64,000 nucleotides of DNA from Octopus sinensis. Lineage: Eukaryota. The notes beneath the pieces were generated by a model, which saw only the letters and a list, made by a program, of their open reading frames with translations, ran no database searches and was not told where the DNA came from. Below are positions 1 to 12,783 of this stretch, in pieces. The first letter of the stretch is position 1. The number at the start of each line of letters is the position of its first letter. The translations under genes were made by a program, and so were the position numbers. The stretch lies in the NCBI RefSeq assembly GCF_006345805.1, contig NC_043000.1, forward strand, positions 24,242,001-24,306,000, given 5' to 3'.

Positions 1-3000
1 ATTTAAAAAATAAAAATTGAAAAATTCTTTAACTTCTTGAATAGTGGTTTAAATGGGAAAAACTATATTCAAAATCTCTTCCCTTTCCAGGTTGCATGTA
101 CATAATGAACCTGTTATCAGTTTTTAATTTTTTTTTTTTTTTGCTTCGCTAACCCATCTAACATGTCTCGTTTAGTTCCTATTGCTATAAAACACTGACA
201 CAAAACTCTTTCTTTCAGATTCGGTGAATTAATGGCATTCGTATCACATGAAATAAATGGTATTTAAAGAATGAGTTTATTTTTCATAGAGGAGAATTAG
301 TGATGTCATATAGCCAGCAGCCAAAAATGTCTGACCATATGATTACAACCAGACTATTTTAAATATCTTGCGACATGCATAGCTATTAAATGTATGGCCA
401 TTTTGTAATAAATATTTATCTGTCGATGTAAAAAAAGGAGCTGTATATTTACATCAAGACAAACATTTCCTGTCTTGTGAGGATTCCAACCAGTTCAAAG
501 TAGACTTGCCAACCTTCAAGTAATTCCCAAAAATTTATTAAGAGTTTGCTTTTTTTTTTAAATGCTTAATAATAAACACAGTACATGATGAAAACGATGA
601 TGATGATAATGATGATAATAATATGGAAAACTCATTAATAAATTAAAATTCCCTTTTATTGTTTTTCCTTCATAACACCAGATATGACGACATTATTTAA
701 AAAGAAAAAATGTTCACTTTCAGGGGTGTTTTTTTTTTTTAAGTTTTTTTTTTTTTTTTTGCCTAAATTTGTCTGAAATCATTTTTGTTTGCGCCTGCAC
801 AAATATAGGTTTCAGATAAAAATCAAAAGTTTTTATTTATTTAATTTTTTTTCCATTTCAATTTCATAAAGTAAATTGCAATACATTGATTTTGTTTGAA
901 TTTGTGGGCCATAGTCTGTTGCTTTAGAGGGACTTCATCAGAATATGTGTGTACAGGCATGTGTAATCTCAGCAAAATAACAAGGAAAAATGCAACATGC
1001 TACTGAATTTGAGAAATGAAAGGAATAAAGCACAAGGAAAGGAAAATCGTACACGTTACTACAGTTGGTTAAGTTTGTACTAAGATAAGCAATAAATAAA
1101 TTGTACACTTGAAGCTATCCATAGCTATTAAATATTTGAAATGTCTGAAACTGGTTATAAATGCTTAGTTGAGAGAAAATTGTGTGTCCTGTATAAATGA
1201 AATTAATTCCAAATTTAAAAAGAAAAAAAAATGGATTCTTTCAAAGTGGAATAGAACTATGGTATTCAGAGAGCATTTACGAGCCATCATATTGGCACAC
1301 TTTCTGTTTAGCACCCATTTTCCAGGTTTACATGAGTAAAATTGAGAAGGACCAAAAACCAAGGTATATTTACTAGAAATAAATAAACCGTTAAGCAAAT
1401 AAATTTACAATATTCCTTAAGAATATGAATAAACCCATATAACATTTTGATTTAACCCTTAGGAAATTTTTACTATACATATGTGTATAGTAAAGTTATA
1501 AATTTATTGCAACATGTATTTTGGCAGAACAATGCTCTTTAATTCTATCCTGTAAATTTGGAATATCAAATTAGCAAAGTAGACCTAATACAGAACAAAA
1601 CAAGGTTATTCAAAATCATTTAGAGAGAAAAGATGTTTTTAATTTAAAAAAAAAAAAATTACTGGAAGACATGAATTACATGTTAAAGTCTTCTTTGAAC
1701 TATATTGACAGAAAATACACACTTAAATTACTTATTGAAATAAAAGCTCCTATTAAAAAATGAATGTCTACCCTTAGCCATTGTCGGTAATCTAAGTACA
1801 CTTGTAATGCTACAGTTTACAAACTAAAGCTAATTCTAGAATCATATATTCTCGATTGTCAGCAGAAAACATGTTAGCATTTTTGCCAAGGTTTTCCTTT
1901 CGCAATAAAAAAAAATTGTAGATTAATTGTACAATTTATATCTGATTTTAACAAAATGGTAAACAAGAAAAATTCTAAGACTTCAAATAGGAAAACATAT
2001 CGATTGATGAAACACAATCTGGAGCTACAGCATGAAAAACCAATGAAAACATTCAATCAGGAAAAGGGTTCTAATTTAGGGTTTTCCTTTTGACAAGTTT
2101 ATTGGTATTGAATTTAAAGAGAGGATATCTTTTTGTTGAAATTTTTTTAAAGAACAATTTGTATTTCTTTTTGACAATATAAAAAAATCTGTAGCTATGA
2201 AAGTGTCACAACACAGTGACAACACAGAAAAAAAAAAAAGAAAGAAGAAACAAATACAATTTAAATTATCATTCATACCCCTACAATTTCATTCTAGTTA
2301 TTAAATAAACAAGAAAAAAATGTCTGCACAAGCCATTTAAAGCAAGAAGCATTTTCTGAATATGTCCATGCAATATCTATACAGGATTTATGAAATCTTT
2401 TTTCACACACACACACATATTTTAAAAAATTCCTATTGTATATACACACACATAAAATATGCTGTGCACTATATCCGGTCATTTCTTCTACCTGTAATTC
2501 CGGTAGCTTCTTTATCTTTCCAACGATTTGATCATTTTGTTTATCAAACCTATTTTCAATTTGAGGCTTACGTCAAACATCTGATGGAGATGAATTAAAC
2601 ATAAAAAGGAAAGCATCTACAAAATATTGAACGCACAACTTATAATTAACTATACATTTTTCTCACGCACACACATATATATATATATATAGCTTTATAT
2701 GCATGGATACACACACACTATATATATAGTTACACACATTTGAAATGAGCCATTAAAAACATGATTGTTTAAAGTACTGGAACGATGGGACTCATTTGTT
2801 TTTATATTGTTGCAAATTAAATTATTTTCACTTTTCTTTTAAATCTTAACTCTGAATGCAGGTACTTTCCTCATGGCTAAGATTGCATTTGGAATCAAAT
2901 ATTTTTAAGAGAAAGATTACATAGAACTCATGAAAATTATTATTATTATAGTTTGAGATGAATAATATAAGAAGTCATATATGATCTATAATGTTTGAAA

Positions 3001-5782
3001 TATTGAAATAAACTTTTATAATTATTTAATAAAAAAGAGGAGAAAAAGATGAAATATTTTTTAAGACTAAAATGCCATACTATAAAGAGATTATTATGAT
3101 GTAGGAAAAAGGTGCATCCCTTTCTTTTGTTCCTTGATGCTTTTGAAGGCTCTTTGTAATTTAATATGATCAGAAGTGGACAAAAATCAAATTAAAAGAC
3201 AGCATACATATTTGGGAAAATAAGGAATTAAAATATGACAAAAAGAAAAACCCTTTTTAAATATATATGTTCAATAATTTTAGAGTTCTGTGAAAGGGGA
3301 AAATATGGCTGATTTGTGTTGAATAAAGTTTAGGTCTACTATCAAGTTTTGAAATAATTCAGTTTGAAGGAAAAAAAAAAGTTTCAACTTAAAGCAGTTT
3401 TGTCTACAGAGCTAATGCTACAGTGCTACTGTTCTGGTACTACTACATCTTGTAGGTTAAGTTGTACTATTGTCATATTGAATAATAGGAACCATCCAGT
3501 CAAACAGACTCACTGCTATCCCTTCGTACCACTTGTCCAGTGATTTTGATGTAAATGTTATCAATGATATTTAATAACAGCAGAATTTTTGAATAAGATT
3601 TAAAGAAAGAAACAAAGTAGATTATTAAACATTACTTCAATTGTTTTGAAATTTAAGGTGCACAGCACCCAGTTTTAAATACTGTTGATAGTGAGTTCAA
3701 ACAGTAGGCGTTCTTTTTATTTTATATACTGATATGTTAAATTCTAGCCAAGATGTTGAAGAAAGTCTCTGACAACATAATGCTAAATATCAGCATATTG
3801 GCTTGAATTGTAGCTGAACATTATCATCACAATGCTGGTTCAAATTACAGCAGTAATGTTTTCTTAAATAACTGGTATTATGTTAAAAATAACAAGGAGA
3901 AAACCCTTCGATTTTAGTATTAAAACAATTTGAGATTCAATGTAAGGCTGTGTAGTTTTTTTGGGTTTTTTTTAGTTGTTTTTTGTATATTTTCACCACC
4001 AGACATAGTAATTTTGTTTTCAAACTTACTTCTAATGGGGTAAAATTAGTCAACATTTAGGATTTACAACCAGTATGCAAGTAAGAAAGCTAATAAAGAT
4101 CAGGTGAATTAAAAGTGAGCTGATACTTGGATTGTTCAATTATATAGAATAATTGCAGTCTCATAAGTCGACTGGTTTAAATTGTCAGTGCACAGGTATT
4201 ATTAAATGAAAATATAGATTCATGTTTACATTTGAAAAAAAAATCATCAGCAATTTTAATTAAATACACACATTGTCTGTATATATCTACCTATCTATTT
4301 ATATATATATATTGGGAGTACTTACAGCTGTTTTTTTTCTTTTTACACAGACGTACATATAGACTCACGTATACACACATCCACACATCAAATGTGTATA
4401 AAAAAATTTTCCAGTCACAAGTTTTAAGAATGAGTTATATTTCAAAAATAGGACTAATCAAAACCAACTAAGTTGAAATGGAGAGTATTGAAGCCGTTAA
4501 AAAAAAAATTATTACTTATTTAATTAGGAAATTTATATTTCCTTCATGACTGCATGTGCGTATATACAGTTTGGTATCTGAGGATTATTTTCTATGTCCA
4601 CTTCCGGTAGATTCTAAAACACATCATCAATAAACTATTATGTCCATGTGTAATGTTGGTTTGAACCAGTTGGACAAAATGGCAGTTTATACAGTTAAAT
4701 ACAAGATCTACTCCAGAAATGGTATATACATTCATACAAAACCACCATATCTGCTCATGTTTGTTTGTTCCATCATGTTCGTTCTGGTACATGGTGAAAC
4801 AATATTGATCTCATAATAATATTAATTGTATCTGATTTAGGCACAAGGCCCACAATTTTGAGAGAGAAAGAGGAGTTTGGTCGATACCAACGACCCCAGT
4901 ACTTGACTGGTACTTTATTTTATCGATCCTGGAAGGATGAAAGGCAAAGTTAACCTCAGCAGAATTTGAACTCAGAACATAAAGAGCTCAAACAAATACT
5001 ATAAAGCATTTTGTCTGATGCCCTAATGATTCTGTCAATCCCTAATAATAATAATATGCATAATAATTGTTTCTAATTTAGGCACATGGCCAAGGTTAAT
5101 AATAATAGTAATACTATGTTATATGGGCACGAAGCCTCAGATTAATAAAGAAAGGGAAGTGTACAGTTGTGATGTTCATGCTTTCTCAAGGGCATTGGTG
5201 ATGTAAGTGAAATAGTTCCTGCTAGTAACTGAAATCTTGTCATTGAGTTTAACTCGCAGAGAACTCACTGTTACACCTTGATAGCCATCAAAAGGTACAA
5301 CAACGACAATAATAATAATAAATGCAATAAAAATTTTGTTTTTAAATTGTTATGTAAAATAGTAAAAAAAAATTGTTTAAAAGAAAAAAAAAATATAAAC
5401 AAAATATCCCCAGAGCCTTTTGTTTTCAAGGAAAATTTTGATATAAAATTGTGTGTTCAATGTCTTACAACAATATGTAAGATTCATTGTTAGAGCTCTG
5501 TCTGTAAAATGTTTTTTTTTTTTTTGTGTAAGTGGTAAGACTTCTTGATTATATATAATCATATTTTTATCATCTATTTCTGCATTCAACTCCTTTCCTT
5601 TTTGTACAATACAGAAATATTTTATCACAACAAGGTTAAGGGACTTTTGTCCTGTCTCCCAGTTTCATCTGACAGCTGCTGGCAGCTCTCGTAAATGTCG
5701 CCTCGACCGGTCACAGCCCTTTTCTAAATACTCGGCTGCAGCAGTGATGAGTTCATGACAAGAGTAAAGATGGTGGATCTCT
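1..5782 (-). other. Putative long 3' UTR / downstream region of MAGI
   Basis: Lies downstream of the stop codon. It is very AT-rich, and I recognised no SINE or LINE between 1 and about 4830, in contrast to the introns. Many AATAAA hexamers occur on the minus strand; the true end is unknown. Confidence 0.4.
4836..5040 (-). mobile_element. Family-A SINE, older copy
   Basis: Contains the family core ggatgaaaggcaaagttaacctcagcagaatttgaactcagaac. Confidence 0.75.
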
Positions 5783-5946
5783 TCAATAGTTTGGATAATT
5801 ACGGGAATAAGTGCTGTACTCTGGAAAGTAGTCAGATGGACGTTCTGGGTTCTTACGTCTTCCCATATGAGGGGAGCTGTGGCCAATGGGCCCATTAGCC
5901 ATACTGAGAGTGCCTGGTGTCCTGCTTGTTGGGGAGGGTAAGCCAT
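5783..5946 (-). CDS. MAGI: MAGI terminal coding exon (main frame)
   Basis: Acceptor tttctctattccag|AT, phase 1. Translates (D)GLPSPTSRTPGTLSMANGPIGHSSPHMGRRKNPERPSDYFPEYSTYSRNYPNY then TGA (5785-5783). Confidence 0.85.
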
Positions 5947-5985
5947 CTGGAATAGAGAAAAATATTTTATGAAATTATATATCAA

Positions 5986-6128
5986 CTGATAAAGATACGT
6001 GTCTAGGCAGGCTTTTATAACATGACAAATCTCCAAGCAATCTTCGGTCTCAGAGCACATGGCTCACAACCGGAAGATTGGAGACACAGGATATTATAAA
6101 AAACCTGCCTAGATATATGTCTTCACAG
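5986..6128. repeat. Imperfect fold-back next to the terminal-exon acceptor
   Basis: aagatacgtgtctaggcaggcttttataacat pairs with atattataaaaaacctgcctagatatatgtctt. Inner pairings tctccaa..tcttcggt/accggaagattggaga and gagc/gctc close a 5-nt loop. Confidence 0.8.
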
Positions 6129-6130
6129 CA

Positions 6131-7870
6131 AGAACCTAGTAGTAGCTCATAAAGGTGATTCCTTAGATAGGAATAATTTCAGAAGTATCAAATTGTTGGG
6201 TCAGGTGATGAAAGTTATTAGGGAGAGAGTTTAGTTGAAATGCAGTTTGGTTTTGTGTCAGAGAGAAGCACCAGTGATGCTATATTTCCGGTAAGGCAGT
6301 TGCAAGAGAAATACATAGCCAAAGACAAACCTCTATACTTGGCACTTGTTGACTTGAAGAAAGCCTTTGACAAGGTCCCTCGATCCCTTATCTATCAGTA
6401 AGGTGAGGGTTGGCAACAAGTACAGGGTAGAAGTAGCGGTTCATCAAGGATCAGTCCTCAGACCCTTCTTGTTCATCATAGACCGCCAAGCAGTAACAGG
6501 AATTTAAGGCAGGCTGCCCCTAGGAGCTCCTCTATGCTGACGACCTTGTTCTTATAGCTGAATTACTACCAGAACTAGAGAAGTTTCAGATATGTAAGCA
6601 AGGTCTAGAATTGAAGGGCATTTGAGTTAATCTAGCAAAAACCAAAGTCTTAGTAAGTAGGAGGGCAGACAAATTATAAATTCCTTCAGGTAGATGGCCC
6701 TGTTTTATCTGTAGAAAAGGTGTAGGCAGAAACTCCATAAGATGTACCTAGCGTAAGCTATGGACACATAAGAGGTGCAGCAATATCAGACGAAGGTTAA
6801 TAGGGAAAATAGCTTTTGTGTGTGGAAGATGCACGTGTACAATAAACAATGAAGATGTACAGAAAATAGACTCCATCAAATGCCAGCGGGGTAAGCTAGA
6901 GGTAGCAGATAACTTCCATTATCTGGGTAACCAAGTTAGTAGAGGAGGTGGATGCTCCGAGAGTGTAGCTGTGAGAATAAGAATAGACTAGGCAAAGTTC
7001 AGAGATCTCCTGCCTCTGCTGGCAGCAAAGGGCCTCTCCTTCAGAGTGAAAGGCAGAGTTATGATGCCTGTGTGTGAACAGCTATATTACAGAGCGGTGA
7101 AACATGGGTTGTGTAGGCTTGAAAGAAATGAAGCCAGTATGCTTTGCCGAATGTGCAATGTCAGTGTGCATGTATGACAGAGTGTAAGCATCTTGACAGA
7201 GAAGTTGGGCATAAGAGGCATCGGATGTGGTGTGCAAGGGAGATGACTGCGTTTGTATGGTCATATGATGTGCATGGGTGAGGACAGCTGTGTAAAGAAG
7301 TGCCAATTTCTAACTGGAGGGAAGCTGTGGTAGAGGTAGACCCAGGAGGACATGGGAAGAGGTGATGAAGCATGAACTTTGGACCTCACAGAGGAAATGA
7401 CTAGTTACCAAAATCTTTGGCAATATGCAGCGCTTGAGAAGACCCATCAAGCCAAGTGAAATCACAGTTGTGGCTGATATTGATGTCACAGAACTGGCAC
7501 CCATACTGGTGGCATATAAAAAGCACCTTTGGGCCTCATGGAGGCAAAGAGGCTGATGCCGGTAGCACAAAAAGCTCCTTTCGAATGTTGGGACTGACTC
7601 ACAGAAGCAATGATGAATGACCGAGACCTTTGGCATTATGTTGTGCTTGAGAAGAAGACCCATCAAGCCAAGTAAGACAGCAGTCATGGCAGATACTGGT
7701 GTCACACAAATGGCACCCATGCTGGTGGCATGTAAAAGTACTCATTACACTCCTGGAGTGGTTGGTGTTAGAAACCATGCCAAATCAGACTAGGATCTGG
7801 TGCAGCCCTGGTCAAACCATCCAACCCCTGCCAAGCATGGACAACGGATGCTAAATAATAATGACGATAA
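6131..7870 (+). mobile_element. 5'-truncated RTE-clade LINE (decayed reverse transcriptase plus 3' UTR)
   Basis: Broken RT motifs KGDSLDRNNFRSIKL, QFGF...RSTSDAIF, LVDLKKAFDKVPRS, HQGSVL.PFLF and ELLYADDLVL. The 3' UTR is shared with the dispersed (GAT)n-tailed repeats. Confidence 0.9.
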
Positions 7871-8338
7871 GGATACTTTAATTTAGAATTTCCTTTTGAT
7901 TACTTTTTTTTTAACAACAAATCTTAACCTTAAAAATGTCATACTGTACAACAATGTCAACTATGGCCAATGTAAATGTCTGGTAAAAAAAAAAAGGTCA
8001 TTTAGGTGATTGGCCAACATTCATTTACCAACACACCACAACTATTATTATTATTATTTTCGATCACAACTGTAAGAGCTTCAGCTACTCTCAAATAACA
8101 AACTACAAACTACTTCTTGTCAATGTGTCTACCACTTTTTCCACCTGTGTTCCCCTGATCAAACTTTGTTAAACCCTTCCTTTCTAGAATTGCAGCCTCC
8201 TGAAATTCTGTTTCTGCAGTGAAGGACTTGAAAATATTAAACATAATTGCACACACCTTTATAACATTTTTTTTTCCTTCTAAATAAAATTTGTCAAGAG
8301 TTAACCAGCAAGTTAATTATATTGTAAAAGTGGCTTAC

Positions 8339-8477
8339 CAAAACTAGGCGGTGGTTTACCAGTCCTCTTAACTAACATCTGTACAGAATTGCCTCCATTT
8401 TGAATGATATCAATAGCTTCTTGGTGTGTAATATTATTGGTATTATATCCATTGATCTCCAATATCTGATCACCAAC
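8339..8477 (-). CDS. MAGI: MAGI exon H: C-terminal part of PDZ5
   Basis: Acceptor ttattgtttcag|GTT and donor TTTG|gtaagc; 139 nt, phase 0 to 1. Translates VGDQILEINGYNTNNITHQEAIDIIQNGGNSVQMLVKRTGKPPPSF. Confidence 0.96.
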
Positions 8478-9133
8478 CTGAAACAATAATAACAATAACA
8501 ATAATTTAAAACTTGTTTCAATGACACTTTCTAATGTTAGCAAAAAAAAAATGGCTGTATTTCTGAAGAAGGAATGCAGTTGATTAAATTGACTCAGTAC
8601 CTAGCTGGCACTTTATTGTCCCTGGAAGAGTGAAAGGTAACATCAGCACTGGCAAAATTTAAACCTGAGGGAGTTGGAGTGACAATACAGAAAATTATGG
8701 TTCTATATTTCATCAAAATGACTTAGCAACTGCCGTGACAAATTACAAGGATATGCAATGATTTGCTAAGACAAAATAACAAAGACATTGAAATATTTAC
8801 TAACAGAGCAAGCAAGAATAGTGAAGTATTTATTGATAAAACAACAAAGAGAAGACATCTAAGACAACACACAAAAGAAATAAAGAGGAAAAGAAAAAAA
8901 AAATCTACCCTCAAGTGGGACATCTCTCAATCCAAGAACGAGAGAAGGTACTTTCTTTCCAACATTTTTCCACAAAGCATCTATATTCTTAAAAAAATTC
9001 CATGCATGTGAAAAATAGACTTCTTCACAAACTCGTTTTTTTACTCATTTTCCACATCACAAACGCAGATATATTCTGTATTTACTTGTGTGTAAGGTCC
9101 ATCCTTAGTTTACTGTTAAGGTTTCTTACAAAC

Positions 9134-9679
9134 GTTGTTGTATTTCGGAATGGTCATTTTGCCAGTTTAGCAAATAAAAACACATGCACTATATATTTGG
9201 TGTTAATTTGCTTCAGCTTTATTTATTTTTTACATTAATCTTAATCTTATTTCAGCCAGAGTTCTTTCGTCACACTCTTGTGACCGCATCAGTGGTCCTT
9301 TGCTTTCTTCTGTCTTGTTTGTGTGTCTCTCCTTTCTAACGGTCAGCCATTTTGTATTTTGTATTCCTTTTGTATGTGTCTTCATTTGTGCATGCATATA
9401 CCTTTATGTGTGTCTATGTTTAGTTAGTGTGTGTGTGTGGGGGGGGTGCCTGTAATATTTGTATCTCCTGTTTATACACGGATGTATAATTTGTTTTTGT
9501 ATATTTTATTTTTGTTTATTTTGTTCATGTGTTTACACCTACTTATGATTATTATTATTATTATTTTTTCTTGTTGTTGTATTTAGTTAAATAAAGCTGA
9601 AGCAAATTAACACCAAATATATAGCATGTGTGTTTTTATTGGCTAAACTGGCAAAATGACCATTCCGAAATACAACAAC
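9134..9679. repeat. 92-bp inverted repeat (arms 9134-9225 and 9588-9679)
   Basis: The arms are reverse complements apart from a small indel shift and one substitution; the spacer contains the hammerhead-like motif. Confidence 0.9.
9254..9298 (-). ncRNA. Minimal type I hammerhead-like ribozyme motif (A9C)
   Basis: GGACCA-CUGAUGC-G-GUCAC(AAGAGU)GUGAC-GAA-AG(AA)CU-C|UGGCU. Stem II is a perfect 5 bp, stem III is 2 bp, the cleavage triplet is CUC, and stem I is CCA/UGG. Confidence 0.6.
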
Positions 9680-10197
9680 ATCTGTTTCAACACATGATTT
9701 CACATCAAGAATCTCACAAAACAAATATATAAACGTAGCTTCTTACTTTTTCTCCTTCATAATTTTTAGCTTTATCCTATGTATAAGTTGCATCCCAGTT
9801 TTCTTAGTTAAAATCAAGAACAAAACTGTGTGACTTATACACAAGTAAATACACTATGCACACACACACACACCACTGGTTTTAACATTTAGGTTGTTAC
9901 CATGCACAAAACATATGGTGAGGTCGTAGGAAACAGCAATATCTATGATTAATCATGAATATTTTTCTATGCTTTTATAGATTGGACACACCATCTCATT
10001 ATTTATTATGGTCAATCAACATATCCTTTGTGAGGTTCAACATTCTGAGATTAGCTTTCACCATTTCTTGTCATGTTATCTTCTCCCACACATTCCTTTG
10101 ATGTGGCTCTCATGGTAGTTGTCATCCTCCAAGTGCAGTATTCCCTCTTGCAGACTGATTTTGTCTTGGCTCATTTGTGCTTCACAATTCATACATG

Positions 10198-10565
10198 TTC
10201 ATCATCATCATCATTTAACGTCTGTTTTCCATATTGGACGGTTCGACGGTGTCTGGGAAGCCAGGAGGCTGCACCAGGCTCCAGTCTGATCTGGCAGTGT
10301 TTCTACAGCTGGATGCCCTTCCTAACGCCAACCACTCCGTGAGTGTAGTGGGTGCTTTTTATGTGCCAGGGGAGGCTGGTAACGGCTACGATCAGTTGGT
10401 GCTTTTTACATGCCACCGGCATGGAAGCCAGTCAAGGCAGCGCTGGCATCAGCCATGTTTGGATGGTGCTTTATATGTGCCACTGCCACAGGTATCACAA
10501 CTACAATTTCCATTTGATTTTTTTATGTTGATGTACTTGACATGTTTATCAATACATATCCAGTG
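10198..10565 (-). repeat. Family B: (GAT)n-tailed RTE 3'-end repeat. Further copies at about 22830-23175, 27700-27895, 28470-28710, 41640-42485, 46815-47010, 56235-56470, 59040-59392, 62490-62760 and 63860-64000
   Basis: Shared core catcatcatttaacgtc...gcaccaggctccagtctgatctggcagtgtttctacagctggatgcccttcc, homologous to the 3' end of the LINE at 6131-7870. Confidence 0.85.
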
Positions 10566-12621
10566 AAGCTTTCTCATTTCATCTCTTTCCATCCTTGGCA
10601 TTTAATGTCCATTTTTTGCTATCATATAACAGCAAACTTCTCACACATGCATCATACATGCTACAAATCTTCTCATACTCAAAGAGAGAATCCTTTTGTT
10701 GCCAGCAAAGGTAATAACTTCCTAAACTTCTTCCACCCAATTTTACTGTTTCCTATTCTTTCAGAGCATTGACCTCTACTGTAGAGTAAAATAAGAGAAA
10801 CTGCTGACAACTTCTACAGAACCTTCTGAGCATTTGAAAGAATTTATTTCACCAGTTTTTTCCTGTAAACTACTCTTACACGTTTGTCACATATGAAGTC
10901 TTCCTTTTTCCCCAGCCTACTCTGATCCCACTACACTTTTTGTGTATCCATAGTTTATGCTGGGTACACCATATGGAATTACTTCCTACTCCTTATCTGC
11001 ATACTGAACATGGCCATTTCTGAGATGACTTTGCTTTCTTTCTTGCAAACGAAAACATTTTGTTAGATTTACTTGGAGAGCTCTCCATTCTAGGGTTTGC
11101 TTCCATATTTGGAATGTCTCTAAATCTTTGATACATGTATGAGAAATACGTTATTAGTAAACAGGAGTTCCGACGGTCAATTGATTTAAAACTCCTCTGT
11201 TAATGCTTAAAGTACTATAATAACTACAAGTGGGCAGAGAACTGAGCTCGGCATGCTAAATTCCTCTTTTCTCATTCTCTCTCCTCTAACAGCTTCTACA
11301 CAGGGAGAAATCATTTTAACCAAGCTATTTACATAATGACAATTTGGTATGGCATATAAGAAACGGAATAATTTCATTCTTTCTATTGAAAGTATATTGA
11401 TGAAACGGTGACAACTAAAATACAGAGAAAGTACAGTCACTTAAATCAAAACACAATGAAAACCAAGCCTACACAGATACAGAGGTGTCGACATAGTAGC
11501 AATTTTGGTAGTTAAAATGTATAGTTTGAAAATTAGATAAACGTCTCATCTATGAGAGTAAAGAAAATTGGAAATAAAGATACTCTAATTTTTATAGCGA
11601 GTAACATTTTACCTTATAAGATTCACTGATACTAAATATAAAACTATGAAATAAACTATTTTAAAATAATCCTTTCTAATTACTGAATTGTCGGATTTAA
11701 ACCAGTGTTAGTGAAGTTATTTCCAATGAAAATATTTCATAGAAAAACATGCTAGAAATAGTAGCCCATGTTTTTAACTTTTATTAGTTCACTAACTAAG
11801 AATGGAACCTCATTCTGTACATACATTATCAACAAGCAACAATAAATATTTACAATGTTGTTTGAAGTCCAATGTATTCAGAAGGTATATTAGGACCATT
11901 AAAAACAATGAAATATATTAGAAAATTCTTACTATACATTTCATAACAATTGCTAGAGTATGTAAAGGCTGCTGGCCATTACACTAACTATCAAGTTGAA
12001 CTTTCTAGTCATGTAGTGCAAATGAGATGAGCAACAGTTTATTTACTGCAAGTGTAATTTTATTTAATTTTCTTTTGTATCTAAATTTCCATGACTTAAT
12101 TTCCCTAGTCACCAAAATTGGCTCAAATGAGCTCTTATTTTTAACATGTTTGACTGGTTAATTAGAACAAATTTAAACCAATTAATCAGCACACTTCTAT
12201 CACTGCTTTCAAGTACATCGATGACCAAAATATATTTACAAAAAGGCATGAAATCTACTGCCGTCATTTTGCCTGTTTTAAAGTCTAAAGCCCTGTAACT
12301 GCATTTCTGTTGCTAATCAGAGTGATATGTGTGTATGGGTTGTTAAACATACAGGTATGGTAGACGATACTACTAAAGCGCAGAAAAAAACCTCATCATG
12401 AAAGTAATTTTCAAGTATTCTAATTTCTTTAAATAAGAAGAAAATAAAAATTCTGAAGTGTAATTATTTCTAACAAAGAATTAAATGATAAGCAAAAAAG
12501 TAAGTTAGAATGTAGAATTAACGGAAGATAATATTTTTCAGTATGTTCATAATCGGATTAGAAATAATAATAAAAGAAATTAATTGGTTTAGATATCGGA
12601 AAGTAAGTATTTTGATCTAAC

Positions 12622-12783
12622 CCTGAGATTGCTGTCTAAATCAGCCGTTCCTCCATCAGCAATTCGGAGGACGTATAAAGGCATGTTATTAAACTCCCGG
12701 CCACCACGTATTGAGAAGCCAAAACCACGAGTTCCTCGGTGCAGCTCCACTGAGTAGATTTCTTCTTCATTTTCCTGGGATGA
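12622..12783 (-). CDS. MAGI: MAGI exon G: N-terminal part of PDZ5
   Basis: Acceptor tcacttgcag|TCA and donor AGG|gttaga; 162 nt, phase 0-0. Translates SSQENEEEIYSVELHRGTRGFGFSIRGGREFNNMPLYVLRIADGGTADLDSNLR, with the MAGI PDZ5 motif GFGFSIRGGRE...M.LYVLR.A..G. Confidence 0.96.

Noticed and set aside
895-945. CUGAUGA motif on the minus strand
   Set aside because: The putative stem AGUC/GACU is not followed by GAAA and no stem I or III can be drawn.
4592-4792. 66-aa ORF as an additional terminal exon
   Set aside because: The nearest acceptor (taccag|AAC) gives a stop after three codons in the needed phase, and the peptide has no recognisable similarity.
5750-5785. Stop-codon readthrough at the MAGI TGA
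   Set aside because: The context TGA-AGA lacks the CUAG readthrough motif, and another TGA follows after 9 codons.
11207-11440. ORF with an acceptor-like site (tattttag) between exons G and H
   Set aside because: In the required phase 0 it reaches a stop within 30 codons with no convincing donor, and it would interrupt PDZ5.
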